Shown here piece after piece: positions 1-13,448 of a DNA stretch of 64,000 bases. The first letter of the stretch is position 1. Every line of letters starts with the position of its first letter. The notes beneath the pieces are model-generated. The model was not told the origin of the DNA and searched no databases. It saw nothing but the letters and a program-made list of their open reading frames with translations. A program made the position numbers and the translations under genes. Source of the stretch: Candidatus Binatia bacterium (GTDB lineage Bacteria > Desulfobacterota > Binatia > HRBIN30); contig JAKLJW010000027.1 of the NCBI GenBank assembly GCA_023150935.1, positions 4,556-68,555 on the forward strand, read 5' to 3'.

Positions 1-1150
1 CGAGCGTGTCCGCCGCGGCCTGGACGAATTCCATGTTACGTTCCATCGGCAGCGCGTAGTGGTCGCGGTAGCGCGCGTACTGGGTGAGCGAGTCGTCGAC
101 CAGGAACAGCAACATAAGTGCGGTGGCCGCCGCGGCGAGCCGCGAACCGGCGCCGCCAACCAGCCGGCCGATGCTGACGATGGCGAACATCAGATAGCCG
201 AGGAACCAGACCTCCAGCACCCAGAAGAAGCGAAAGAACGGCATGTAGGGCGTGGCGACCGACAGGGCGAGGTAGCCGCCGAGGACGAGCAGCGGCAGGA
301 GAAACAGCGGGTGCGTCAGGCGGGTGCGGTCGGCCGCCAACCACATGAGCAGTCCCAACGCACCCAGCGGCGCCGTGCTCACGAAGCGCGTGTCGACGAG
401 CTGGGTCCATAACGCAAAGTGGATCACCTCGCCGGGCGAGATACCCGTGGTATCGCGCAGGGCCGCGAACTGGGCGAGATACTGGCCCGGGTCGAGCGCG
501 CTGCCGAGCAGGAGGTGATTGCCGAGCAGCGTGGCCGGCAGGGCGAGTGCCGGCAGCGCGGCATACGCCAGACGACGATGGATGGGTGCCGGTACGAGCA
601 GGAATTGCAGCGCGCACGGCAGCGCCACCGGCTTGATGAGAGCCGCCAGCAGTACGCAGGCCGCCGCGAGGGTGAACCGGCCCGCGATCAGCAGCCAGAT
701 GGACACGAAGACGAGGGCCGTCAGATACAGGTCGGCACTCGACTTGAGGGTCAGAAAGGTGCGCGATGGGTCGAGCAGCAAGGCCAGCGACCACAGGATT
801 CCCACCGTGCGCCCGAAGCTGTCCCGCCCGACGAGATAAACCGCGGCGCCGAGGAGCCCGGTGGCCACCGAAGTGCACGCGACCGCCGTGTGAACGTTGC
901 CGAGCGGGCCGAGCGTGAAGACCAGGAGGGGTTTGGGCTGGAAGAAATAGTCCAAACCGTGGAGTGCTCCGGTGCCGGTTGCCCAGTCCCGAAAGAAGAC
1001 GAAATACGCCAGCAAGTCGGTGTCGAACACGTGGAGCGGATACAGCGGGACGAAGGCCAACGCCACGGTGACGTGAAGCGCGAACAGCACGGGAGCCCAG
1101 AGGTCAAGGCGCAGGTTCGGGTCGCCAGTCGAGAGATCGTCGTCCGACAT
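1..1150 (-). CDS. polytopic integral membrane protein, function unknown (3' end lies beyond window start)
   Basis: Own translation of the minus strand from ATG at 1150-1148 ([42 protein letters not shown]...). I checked every codon in this phase to position 1 and found no stop. It has many hydrophobic segments. It is absent from the ORF track because it runs off the edge. Listed ORFs 36..878(-) and 751..1176(-) are other frames. Confidence 0.55.
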   Translation of the reverse strand, partial: MSDDDLSTGDPNLRLDLWAPVLFALHVTVALAFVPLYPLHVFDTDLLAYFVFFRDWATGTGALHGLDYFFQPKPLLVFTLGPLGNVHTAVACTSVATGLLGAAVYLVGRDSFGRTVGILWSLALLLDPSRTFLTLKSSADLYLTALVFVSIWLLIAGRFTLAAACVLLAALIKPVALPCALQFLLVPAPIHRRLAYAALPALALPATLLGNHLLLGSALDPGQYLAQFAALRDTTGISPGEVIHFALWTQLVDTRFVSTAPLGALGLLMWLAADRTRLTHPLFLLPLLVLGGYLALSVATPYMPFFRFFWVLEVWFLGYLMFAIVSIGRLVGGAGSRLAAAATALMLLFLVDDSLTQYARYRDHYALPMERNMEFVQAAADTL

Positions 1151-1306
1151 AACCGGCTCGGTTCGCGACCCATCATATCATCGAGCCGGCCGAGCCGGCG
1201 GCGGACAACGTGCCGGGAGCCTCATCTCGCGCTCTTCCGGAGTACGCGGAGCACGGCCCGGGGGTGGTTTGCCGCTCCGGCGGCGACGTGCTACGTGCGA
1301 CGGTCG

Positions 1307-2635
1307 ATGAGTCGACCGGTGACCATGGAGAAAGTCGTCAACCTCGCCAAGCGGCGGGGTTTCGCGTTTCAATCGAGCGAGGTGTACGGCGGTCTGGCCA
1401 GCTGCTGGGACTACGGGCCGGTGGGTGTCGAGCTGAAGCGCAACGTCAAGGAGGCGTGGTGGCGGGACATGGTGCTGACGCGATCCGATATCGTCGGCAT
1501 CGATTGCGCCATCCTTATGCATCCCCGCGTCTGGGAGGCTTCCGGCCACGTGCAGGGATTTACCGACCCGCTGGTGGATTGCAAGAAGTGCAAGACGCGC
1601 TTTCGAGCCGACCACATCGACGAGGCCCGCTGCCCGGAGAAACCCAGCAAGCGGCCGGGCGAGTGCGGCGGCGAACTGACCGAGGCGCGCCAGTTCAATC
1701 TGATGTTCAGGACGTTCATGGGCCCGGTCGAGGATACCGCCAGCACGGTGTTCATGCGGCCGGAAACCGCGCAGGGGATCTTCGTGAACTTCCTCAATGT
1801 CATGAACTCCTCCCGGCAACGGATTCCGTTCGGGATCGCGCAGATCGGCAAGTCTTTTCGCAACGAGATCACCCCCGGCAATTTCCTGTTCCGCACCCGC
1901 GAGTTCGAGCAAATGGAGATGGAGTTCTTCGTCCGTCCGGGCGAGGACGACAGGTGGTACGACTACTGGAAGGCCCAGCGCCTCGCCTGGTACCACGCTC
2001 TCGGTATTCGCAGCGAGAACCTGCGCCTGCGGGAGCACGCGGCCGACGAACTGGCGCACTACGCCAAGGGCTGCGTCGACGTCGAGTACCGGTTTCCGTT
2101 CGGCTGGTCGGAGCTGGAAGGCATTGCCAATCGTACCGACTTCGATCTGAAGCGGCACACCGAGTTCAGCGGCAAGGACCTGAGCTATTTCGAGGAGGAG
2201 ACGCGCGAGCGTTTCGTGCCCTTCGTGATCGAGCCGGCCGCCGGTGCGGATCGCGCGACTCTGGCCTTCCTGGTGGACGCCTACGACGAGGACGTGGCCG
2301 AGGGCGAGGAGCGCGTCGTGTTGCGGTTCCAACCGCGCCTCGCACCCGTCAAGGCCGCCGTGCTGCCACTGCTGCGCAAGGCCGGCCAACCGGAGAAGGC
2401 GCTCGAGTTGCGCGACCTGCTCGGAAAAAGATTTCCCGTGCAATACGACCAGGCCGGATCGATCGGACGGCGCTACCGCCGTCAGGACGAGATCGGTACG
2501 CCGTACTGCATTACCGTGGATCACCAGACCATGCAGGACAGCACGGTGACGGTGCGCGACCGCGACACGATGCAACAGGAGCGCATCCCGATCGACCGTC
2601 TGGTCGACGAGCTGACCCGCCGGATCGCCGGCTGA
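1307..2635 (+). CDS. glyQS: glycine--tRNA ligase (alpha2 GlyQS type)
   Basis: Frame of ORF 419..2635. The recognisable protein starts at [30 protein letters not shown] (ATG 1307, alternative ATG 1325). Class II motifs are present: [38 protein letters not shown]. The C-terminus is of the anticodon-binding type. Confidence 0.9.
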   Translation: MSRPVTMEKVVNLAKRRGFAFQSSEVYGGLASCWDYGPVGVELKRNVKEAWWRDMVLTRSDIVGIDCAILMHPRVWEASGHVQGFTDPLVDCKKCKTRFRADHIDEARCPEKPSKRPGECGGELTEARQFNLMFRTFMGPVEDTASTVFMRPETAQGIFVNFLNVMNSSRQRIPFGIAQIGKSFRNEITPGNFLFRTREFEQMEMEFFVRPGEDDRWYDYWKAQRLAWYHALGIRSENLRLREHAADELAHYAKGCVDVEYRFPFGWSELEGIANRTDFDLKRHTEFSGKDLSYFEEETRERFVPFVIEPAAGADRATLAFLVDAYDEDVAEGEERVVLRFQPRLAPVKAAVLPLLRKAGQPEKALELRDLLGKRFPVQYDQAGSIGRRYRRQDEIGTPYCITVDHQTMQDSTVTVRDRDTMQQERIPIDRLVDELTRRIAG

Positions 2636-2687
2636 CCGCGGCGGCCGCGGGCACCGGCGCCATCTGCACTACGGAGAGGCGACTAGC

Positions 2688-5633
2688 ATGAAGCGGAAAA
2701 CCAGGGCGGCAAGAGGTTCGACAGCAACCCGGGGCGCGAAGAAGTCCCCCGCGAAGAGGGCCGGGGCACAGCCGCCGACCGCGGCGCAGAAGCGGGCGGC
2801 GGCGGGACGGAAACCCGCGAGGAAATCCGTGGCGAAGCGAGCGGTAGCCAAAGCGCGCCCGGCGGCGAAACCGACGAAGAGCGCAAGCGGCGGCAGCCGG
2901 CAGCCCCGGTACGTCTATGCCTTCGGGGGCGGGAAGGCGGACGGCAATGCCGGCATGAAGAACCTGCTCGGCGGTAAGGGAGCGAACCTGGCGGAGATGG
3001 CCGGACTCGGTCTGCCGGTGCCGCCGGGGTTCACCATTTCGACCGACGTTTGCACCTATTTTTATGCCCACGGGCGCAAGTACCCGTCGACCCTGCGCGC
3101 CGAAGTGGCGCGTCATCTGCAGAAGGTCGAGGAGCATACCGGTCGCCGCTTCGGCGACCCGACCAACCCGCTGCTCGTGTCGGTGCGCTCCGGCGCCCGC
3201 GCCTCGATGCCGGGCATGATGGACACGGTCCTGAACCTTGGCCTCAACGACCAGACCGTCCGGGGTCTGGTCGCGATGACCGGCAACGAACGCTTCGTTT
3301 TCGATTCGTACCGGCGTTTCGTGTCGATGTTCGGCGATGTCGTCCTCGGCCTGAAGCCGCAGAGCAAGACCGAGATCGATCCGTTCGAGGAGATCCTGGA
3401 GCGCAAGAAGCACGGGCGCGGTGTCAGGCTCGACACGGAGCTCACGGCGGCCGACTTGAAGGAACTGGTGGGCGAGTTCAAGCAGGCCATCCGGGACCGT
3501 ATGGGCATCGAATTCCCGGAGGACCCGCAGGAGCAGCTCTGGATGGCGATCGGCGCGGTGTTCGGCTCGTGGATGAACGACCGGGCGATCGTCTATCGCA
3601 AGCTGAATGCCATCCCGGAGAGCTGGGGGACGGCCGTCAACGTGCAGTCGATGGTGTTCGGCAACCTTGGCGAGGACTCCGGCAGCGGCGTGGCGTTTAC
3701 GCGCGACCCCGCCACCGGAGAAAACGTCTTCTATGGCGAGTTGCTGTTCAACGCGCAGGGCGAAGAGGTGGTGGCCGGGACGCGAACGCCGCTCAAGATC
3801 GCGGCGCTCGATCGCGATCACCCTCACCTGTACGCCGAGCTAATGAAGATCCGCAAGGTGCTCGAGAAGCATTACCGCGAGGTGATGGACATCGAGTTCA
3901 CCATCGAGAAGGGCAAGCTGTACATGCTGCAGTGCCGCGTCGGTAAGCGGACGGGTCTGGCGGCGATCAGGATTGCACTCGATATGGTGAAGGAGCGGCT
4001 GATCACTCCCCGCGAAGCGCTGCTGCGGGTGGAGCCCGATCAGCTCAATCAGCTCCTGCGGCCAACCTTCGTCGGCGCGGAGAAGGCCCGCGCGGTGGAG
4101 GCGGGGCGGCGCATCGCCACCGGGTTGAACGCCGGCCCCGGTGCGGCCAGCGGCCGGGTGTACTTCCATGCCGACGACGCCGAAGCGGCGGCGGCGCGTG
4201 GCGAGACGGTCATCCTGTGCCGCATCGAGACGTCGCCCGAAGACATCCGAGGCATGGCCGCCGCGGCGGGCATCCTGACCGCGCGCGGCGGGATGACCAG
4301 CCACGCCGCGCTGGTCGCGCGCCAGATGGGTAAGGTGTGCGTGGCCGGGTGCGAGCCGTTGATCGTGGACTACGCCGCCGGCACGATGCGGGTCGCGGGC
4401 ACCGACGTCGCCATGAGGGAAGGCGAAGACCTGTCGATCGACGGGACGACTGGCGAGGTGTTCCTCGGTCACATCGCCACCGAGCCCAGCGAGGTGGTGC
4501 GCGTGCTGGTCGAGAAATCCCTCGACCCGGCCGCCGCAGCGGTCTACCAGCAGTATGCTCAGCTCATGAAGTGGGCCGATCGCGAGCGCCGCCTCGGCGT
4601 GCGTACCAATGCCGATCAGCCCGACCAGTGCGCCAACGCCATCGCCTTCGGGGCCGAGGGCGTCGGCCTCTGCCGCACCGAACACATGTTCTTCGGCGAA
4701 GGCAAGATCGGTCCAATGCGCGAGATGATACTCGCCGGCAATGCCGACGAACGGCGCAACGCCCTCGCCAAGCTGCTCCCGGTGCAGCGCGCCGACTTCG
4801 AGGGCATCTTCACGGTGATGTCCGGGAAGCCGGTGACCATCCGTACGATCGACCCGCCGCTGCACGAGTTCCTGCCGCACGATGCCGCCGGACAGGAGGA
4901 GATGGCGGCGCAGATGGGCATTGCCGTCGAGCAGGTACGCGAGCGGGTGGAGGCGCTGAAAGAAGCCAACCCGATGCTCGGCTTCCGCGGCTGCCGGCTG
5001 GGCATCGTCTACCCGGAGATTACCGAGATGCAGGCGCGGGCGATCTTCGAGGCGGCGGCCAACGTCATTCGGGGCGGCGCGAAAGCGGAACCCGAAATCA
5101 TGATCCCGCTCGTTGGCCACGTGAAGGAGCTGAAACTCCAGGCCGACATCGTCCGGCGCGTCGCCGCCGAGGTCATGGCGGCGACGGGGGTCAAGTTCAA
5201 GTACAAAGTCGGCACCATGATCGAGGTGCCGCGCGGGGCTCTGACCGCGTCGACCATCGCCGGGATTGCCGAGTTTTTCTCGTTCGGCACCAACGACCTT
5301 ACGCAGACCACGCTGGGCGTGTCGCGCGACGATGCCGCACGCTTCCTGCTGCCGTACGTGAAGGACTTCGAGATCTACGACAAGGACCCCTTCGAGTCGC
5401 TCGATATCGAGGGCGTCGGCGCGCTGGTGCGCATCGCCGTCGACGGGGGCCGCAAGGCGCGGCCGGATTTGAAGGTTGGGATTTGCGGCGAGCATGGGGG
5501 CGATCCGGACACCGTTACCTTCTGTCACGAGGTGGGTCTCGATTACGTGTCGTGCTCGCCGTTCCGGGTACCCATCGCCAGACTGGCGGCGGCCCGGGCG
5601 GCGCTGATGAAGGGTCCGCGGGTTGGCGACTGA
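2688..5633 (+). CDS. ppdK: pyruvate, phosphate dikinase with about 73 aa basic Ala/Lys/Pro-rich N-terminal extension
   Basis: 981 aa ORF. Motifs: [30 protein letters not shown], phospho-His segment [18 protein letters not shown], and PEP-utilizer C-terminus [11 protein letters not shown]...ICGEHGGDP. Confidence 0.93.
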   Translation: MKRKTRAARGSTATRGAKKSPAKRAGAQPPTAAQKRAAAGRKPARKSVAKRAVAKARPAAKPTKSASGGSRQPRYVYAFGGGKADGNAGMKNLLGGKGANLAEMAGLGLPVPPGFTISTDVCTYFYAHGRKYPSTLRAEVARHLQKVEEHTGRRFGDPTNPLLVSVRSGARASMPGMMDTVLNLGLNDQTVRGLVAMTGNERFVFDSYRRFVSMFGDVVLGLKPQSKTEIDPFEEILERKKHGRGVRLDTELTAADLKELVGEFKQAIRDRMGIEFPEDPQEQLWMAIGAVFGSWMNDRAIVYRKLNAIPESWGTAVNVQSMVFGNLGEDSGSGVAFTRDPATGENVFYGELLFNAQGEEVVAGTRTPLKIAALDRDHPHLYAELMKIRKVLEKHYREVMDIEFTIEKGKLYMLQCRVGKRTGLAAIRIALDMVKERLITPREALLRVEPDQLNQLLRPTFVGAEKARAVEAGRRIATGLNAGPGAASGRVYFHADDAEAAAARGETVILCRIETSPEDIRGMAAAAGILTARGGMTSHAALVARQMGKVCVAGCEPLIVDYAAGTMRVAGTDVAMREGEDLSIDGTTGEVFLGHIATEPSEVVRVLVEKSLDPAAAAVYQQYAQLMKWADRERRLGVRTNADQPDQCANAIAFGAEGVGLCRTEHMFFGEGKIGPMREMILAGNADERRNALAKLLPVQRADFEGIFTVMSGKPVTIRTIDPPLHEFLPHDAAGQEEMAAQMGIAVEQVRERVEALKEANPMLGFRGCRLGIVYPEITEMQARAIFEAAANVIRGGAKAEPEIMIPLVGHVKELKLQADIVRRVAAEVMAATGVKFKYKVGTMIEVPRGALTASTIAGIAEFFSFGTNDLTQTTLGVSRDDAARFLLPYVKDFEIYDKDPFESLDIEGVGALVRIAVDGGRKARPDLKVGICGEHGGDPDTVTFCHEVGLDYVSCSPFRVPIARLAAARAALMKGPRVGD

Positions 5634-5857
5634 GGGCAGTGAGCGTCGCCGCAGGGGAGAGTGGCCAGCGCTTCGTCACCAAATTGACAACCCCGGTCCC
5701 CCGTCGGTAGCGTGACCGGCGATGCTGGAAGACGGCGAAGGAACCGAGGTAGGTGCGCGGGTATGATGTGGGACTGCGCCCGGGCAAAGGGTTTTCGGGT
5801 TTCTCGCGCCGCGAGCGAGCAAAGCATTGGCGACCTTGCGCGGGAAATTCGGTGCCC

Positions 5858-5873
5858 TGGTACGTAGCATGCT
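5858..5873 (+). promoter_or_regulatory. candidate sigma-54 (-24/-12) promoter upstream of pilB
   Basis: TGGTACgtagcATGCT has GG and GC separated exactly as in the consensus TGGCACG-N4-TTGCW. It ends 24 nt before the pilB ATG. Confidence 0.5.
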
Positions 5874-5896
5874 AGATTCCCGGCAGGACGAGTCCG

Positions 5897-7591
<1,695 letters not shown>

Positions 7592-7800
7592 ACTGAGGCG
7601 TCCGCGGGTAGACTGGCCGGAAGGACGCCGAGGAACCCGGCCCCGCCCGTCGAGACGGTCGCCGCCCCGTTGGGGCGGACGGAAGAACGGCAATGAGATC
7701 GATGCGAGCACCGTTAAGGCGGAGGAGAGCGCGGGGCCGCCGCGACCTTCTCGGAGACTCGGCCGGGGTTTTTCGGCAGCGTGCCTAGAGGAGGTCTGCG

Positions 7801-8952
7801 ATGGCCAGCACCCCCACAGCCGCCGCGCGCGAGACGCAGGCCCCCGCTTCGCTGAGTATCCAGGGTTTCCTCGAGCTGGTGGTCGAAAAGGGGGCCACCG
7901 ACCTGCACGTTACCGCCGACAGCCCACCGATGATGCGGCTCCACGGGGAGCTGGTGCCGCTGCCGTTCCCAGCCCTGACGGCTACCGATACGAAGAACCT
8001 CTGCTACAGCCTGCTGACGGACGCGCAACGCCACCGTTTCGAGGAGCAGGCGGAGCTGGACTTCTCGTTCGGCATCCGCGGCGTGAGCCGATTTCGCGGC
8101 AATCTCTTCCTGCAACGCGGCGCGGTGGGCGGTGCATTCCGCTTGATTCCTTACGAGATCCGCGACCTCGGCGAGCTGGGCCTGCCGCCCGTCGCCGCCG
8201 ACCTGACCAAGATTCCCCGCGGCCTGGTGCTGGTGACCGGTCCTACCGGCAGCGGCAAGTCGACCACGCTGGCGGCGATGATCGACAAGGTCAACCGCGA
8301 GCGCCGCGAGCACATCGTCACCATCGAGGACCCGATCGAGTTCGTCCATCAGCACAAGAGCTGCATCGTCAATCAGCGCGAGGTTTTCGCCGATACCCAC
8401 AGCTTCAGCGAGGGCTTGCGGCACGTACTGCGGCAGGACCCGGACGTTGTCCTGATCGGCGAGATGCGCGACCTCGAGACCGTCGAGGCGGCGCTGAACG
8501 TCGCCGAGACGGGGCACCTGGTGTTCTCGACGCTGCACACCAACTCCTCTGTGCAAACGATCAATCGAATCATCGACATTTTCCCGTCGAACCAGCAGGC
8601 GCAGGTGCGCGCCCAGCTCTCGCTGGTGTTGCAGGCGGTCATCTGCCAGCAACTCATTCCGCGGATGGATGGCCGGGGGCGGGTGCTGGCGGTCGAAATC
8701 ATGATTCCCAATCCGGCGATCCGTAACCTGATCCGTGAGGAGAAGGTCCACCAGATCTACTCGCAGTTGCAGGTCGGCCAGTTGAAGTTCGGCATGCAGA
8801 CGATGACGCAGTCCCTCGTCGACCTGTGCGCACGCCGGCTGATCTCGTACGAGGAAGCGCTCGGCCACGCTACCGAACTCGAAGAAGTGCGCAGCATGCT
8901 GGGTAGCCCGCATCGCCCAGCCTCCGGCCTCTCCCGCCCCCGCATCCCCTGA
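7801..8952 (+). CDS. pilT: twitching-motility retraction ATPase PilT
   Basis: 383 aa. Motifs: GATDLHVTADSPPMMRLHGEL, Walker A GPTGSGKSTT, PilT signature AIRNLIREEKVHQI. RBS GAGGAGG lies before the ATG. Confidence 0.92.
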   Translation: MASTPTAAARETQAPASLSIQGFLELVVEKGATDLHVTADSPPMMRLHGELVPLPFPALTATDTKNLCYSLLTDAQRHRFEEQAELDFSFGIRGVSRFRGNLFLQRGAVGGAFRLIPYEIRDLGELGLPPVAADLTKIPRGLVLVTGPTGSGKSTTLAAMIDKVNRERREHIVTIEDPIEFVHQHKSCIVNQREVFADTHSFSEGLRHVLRQDPDVVLIGEMRDLETVEAALNVAETGHLVFSTLHTNSSVQTINRIIDIFPSNQQAQVRAQLSLVLQAVICQQLIPRMDGRGRVLAVEIMIPNPAIRNLIREEKVHQIYSQLQVGQLKFGMQTMTQSLVDLCARRLISYEEALGHATELEEVRSMLGSPHRPASGLSRPRIP

Positions 8953-9057
8953 CCCCTCCAGAAGCCCCCCGTCATCCCGGGGCCATTAGTGCCTCCCGTC
9001 CACATTTTGATGCCGCATCCCGGAAGCAAAGTTTACGAAGGGTGGTGCTGGGCCGTG

Positions 9058-9073
9058 TGGCACGCCACGTGCT
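9058..9073 (+). promoter_or_regulatory. candidate sigma-54 (-24/-12) promoter upstream of pilC
   Basis: TGGCACgccacGTGCT has correct GG-N10-GC spacing, 66 nt upstream of the pilC ATG. A palindrome GATGCcGCATC at 9009-9019 lies about 40 nt upstream. Confidence 0.55.
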
Positions 9074-9138
9074 TTATTCTGGGCTCGAAGGTGAAGTGCG
9101 TCCGGGCGCGAGCGGGCACGGAATCGAGGTGAGGCACG

Positions 9139-10359
9139 ATGGCAGTCTTTCGCTGGCAAGGCGTATCCCCGAAAGGGGAAGTGATGACGGGGGAAATGGA
9201 GGCGCCGACGCGCGACGCGGTGCTGGTGCGTCTGCGCTCGCAGCGCATTCAACCGGTGCCGGCGAAGATCAAGGAGAAGGGCCGGGGTCTCAACAAGGAG
9301 CTGACCCTGCCGGGGTTCGGCGAGTCGATCAAGGGACGAGACATCGTCGTTTTTACGCGCCAGTTGGCGACGATGATCGACGCCGGTTTGCCGATCGTCC
9401 AGTGCCTCGACGTTCTGGCCCAGCAGTCGCCGAACAAGAAATTGCGCAACGTGATCCGGGAGCTGAAAGAGCAGGTCGAGGCGGGGTCGACGTTTACCGA
9501 CGCCCTGCGCAAGCACCCCAAGCTGTTCGACGATCTCTACGTCAACATGTGCGCGGCCGGCGAAGTTGGCGGCATCCTCGACAACATTTTGAACCGTTTG
9601 GCGAGCTACATGGAAAAGGCCATGAAGCTCAAATCGAAGATCAAGGGCGCCATGATCTATCCGGCGACGATCATCACGGTAGCGGTCGGCGTCACCGCGG
9701 TTCTGCTGATCTTCGTCATTCCGGTGTTCGCGGAACTTTTCGGGAGCTTCGGGCAGGCGCTTCCGGCGCCCACCCAGTTCGTCATCAATCTGAGTAACTT
9801 CACGATCGCCTACGCCAAGTACATGGTTGGTGTGGTTATTGCGGTGGTGGTCGCGTGCCGGCAGATGTACAAGACCGAGTCCGGGCGCCTGGCTTTCGAC
9901 AATCTCTTCCTGCAACTGCCGGTGTTCGGCGACCTGATCCGCAAGTCGTCGGTGGCGCGGTTCACGCGCACGCTGAGCACGCTGGTGACCTCGGGCGTAC
10001 CGATTCTCGATGCGCTGGCGATCACGGCACGGACCTCGGGCAACAAGGTGGTCGAGCGGGCGGTCTTGCAGACCCGTGTGAGCATCAGCGAGGGGCGGAC
10101 GATTGCCGAGCCGCTGCAGCAGAGCAAGGTGTTCCCGCCCATGGTCTGCCAGATGATCTCGGTGGGCGAGACGACGGGGGCGCTCGACGCCATGCTCTCG
10201 AAGATTGCCGATTTCTATGAGGAAGAGGTCGATAACGCGGTGGCGAACCTGACGTCGTTGATGGAGCCGCTGGTGATCCTGTTCCTCGGGATCATCATCG
10301 GCGGTCTCGTCATCTCGATGTACCTGCCGATCTTCAAGCTGGGGTCCGTCATAAACTGA
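9139..10359 (+). CDS. pilC: type IV pilus inner-membrane platform protein PilC (GspF family)
   Basis: 406 aa with two GspF-type repeats and hydrophobic helices. The position between pilT and the regulator is canonical. Confidence 0.9.
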   Translation: MAVFRWQGVSPKGEVMTGEMEAPTRDAVLVRLRSQRIQPVPAKIKEKGRGLNKELTLPGFGESIKGRDIVVFTRQLATMIDAGLPIVQCLDVLAQQSPNKKLRNVIRELKEQVEAGSTFTDALRKHPKLFDDLYVNMCAAGEVGGILDNILNRLASYMEKAMKLKSKIKGAMIYPATIITVAVGVTAVLLIFVIPVFAELFGSFGQALPAPTQFVINLSNFTIAYAKYMVGVVIAVVVACRQMYKTESGRLAFDNLFLQLPVFGDLIRKSSVARFTRTLSTLVTSGVPILDALAITARTSGNKVVERAVLQTRVSISEGRTIAEPLQQSKVFPPMVCQMISVGETTGALDAMLSKIADFYEEEVDNAVANLTSLMEPLVILFLGIIIGGLVISMYLPIFKLGSVIN

Positions 10360-10362
10360 GCC

Positions 10363-12447
<2,085 letters not shown>

Positions 12448-12832
12448 ACGGCCGCGTTCGACTCCCCCCACCTCCCGCACCGCCCTGCGGACCACACAGC
12501 ACCTCGCACGTCATAATACTGTCGCTCAAACGTGCCGCAAACCGTCAAGCTTTGGACATTGACTCGGCATACGCCGTGCGATGCGGCTTACTAGCAGCAT
12601 CGATGCCACTGTCATTGGCTATGCGCAGTTTGGATCGCATGCGCGATGCGAATGGGTTCTGAGGTCGTGGATCGGCCTGGTGACGGGATGCGGCAGCGAC
12701 AGCCACGCCGTCGTGGGGCCGTCAAAATTCTTCGCAGCCAAAATTTGTCACTCCATGGATGGCACCGTCAATTTCGCCGCAGGCCGGGCTGGGGCGGGGG
12801 TTTCTAAGGAAGAAGAGGTTGGTCGGTTGGTT

Positions 12833-12848
12833 TGGTACGGCCATTGCT
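12833..12848 (+). promoter_or_regulatory. candidate sigma-54 (-24/-12) promoter upstream of pilA
   Basis: TGGTACggccaTTGCT has exact consensus spacing, about 145 nt upstream of the pilA ATG. An AT-rich patch (12721-12775) and palindrome GCATCGATGC (12597-12606) lie upstream. Confidence 0.6.
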
Positions 12849-12992
12849 GGGTCGACAGGGTGGTCGGAGGATGCAGCAATGAAACAGGCTCACGCGCCGC
12901 CCTGAAACGGATGCCAGAAAGGGCTGAATCGCTGGAAGACAGGTTAATACACCGGGACCTCCGCAGGAGGGCCGGTCAGAAGGAGACTGGAA

Positions 12993-13355
12993 ATGTTGAA
13001 GGACAGAAAAGGTTTCACGTTGATCGAGTTGCTGGTGGTCGTTGCCATCATTGGCATCCTGGCGGCCATCGCCATCCCGCAGTTCGCGGCCTATAGGCAG
13101 CGGGGCTTCGATGCGCGGGCGCAGTCGGACCTGCGCAACGCGGCGAGCGCCCAGGAGGCGTACTTCGCATCGTATCAGGCGTACGTTTCGGTGACGCAGG
13201 CTGACTGCTCCACCAAGCTGCCGGGCTGCACGGTGTCGTCTGGCGTTAACCTGGCGATGACGGCTGCCACCGACTCGTTCACGGGCACCTCGGCGCACAC
13301 CAGCGGCAGCGGTAAGACGTGGACGTACAACAGCACCCTGGGCGGTCTTCAATAG
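12993..13355 (+). CDS. pilA: type IV major pilin (class III signal peptide)
   Basis: 120 aa. MLKDRKG/FTLIELLVVVAIIGILAAIAIPQF prepilin leader and N-methyl-Phe motif, RBS AAGGAG, Cys pair in ADCSTKLPGC, and a Ser/Thr-rich C-terminal third. Confidence 0.93.
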   Translation: MLKDRKGFTLIELLVVVAIIGILAAIAIPQFAAYRQRGFDARAQSDLRNAASAQEAYFASYQAYVSVTQADCSTKLPGCTVSSGVNLAMTAATDSFTGTSAHTSGSGKTWTYNSTLGGLQ

Positions 13356-13398
13356 CCTGGCGTAGCCCGCTGAGGGACGAACACCATCCGAACGGTGT

Positions 13399-13437
13399 GA
13401 CGAGGGCGGCGTGAGAGCGCCGCCCTCGTCGTTTGTT
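13399..13437 (+). terminator. rho-independent terminator-like hairpin after pilA
   Basis: GACGAGGGCGGCG-tgagag-CGCCGCCCTCGTC (13 bp perfect stem) followed by GTTTGTT. Confidence 0.7.
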
Positions 13438-13448
13438 AAGGGGCTGCA

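Noticed and set aside
419-1306. Long N-terminal extension of the glyQS ORF (738 aa version). The larC (to 45125), VWA (to 47770), LolA-like (to 43220) and MFS (from 54865) ORFs have similar extensions.
   Set aside because: The upstream parts overlap other well-supported genes, or are low-complexity. Conserved N-termini with RBS or stop-start coupling occur at the internal starts given in the feature list.
1178-2575. 465 aa ORF antisense to glyQS. Similar long ORFs lie opposite or out of frame with real genes, e.g. 2511..3827(-), 3840..5528(-), 5543..6994(-), 7714..8913(-), 8986..11634(-), 15125..16879(-), 22509..24896(-), 26276..27784(-), 52850..55180(-), 59236..63897(-) and 60063..62030(+).
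   Set aside because: Their translations are Arg/Ala/Gly/Pro-rich low-complexity strings with no recognisable motifs. Each overlaps a frame with clear family signatures. This is typical shadow-ORF behaviour in a genome with about two-thirds G+C.
5685-5714. TTGACA-18 nt-TAGCGT as a sigma-70 promoter for pilB.
   Set aside because: The -10 hexamer is poor and the spacer long. The sigma-54 match at 5858 is much closer to consensus. It is kept only as a weak alternative.
12762-12779. TGGCACcgtcaatttcGC upstream of pilA as a sigma-54 promoter.
   Set aside because: The GG-to-GC spacing is 3 nt too long for the -24/-12 consensus. The TGGTAC-N5-TTGCT element at 12833 fits exactly.
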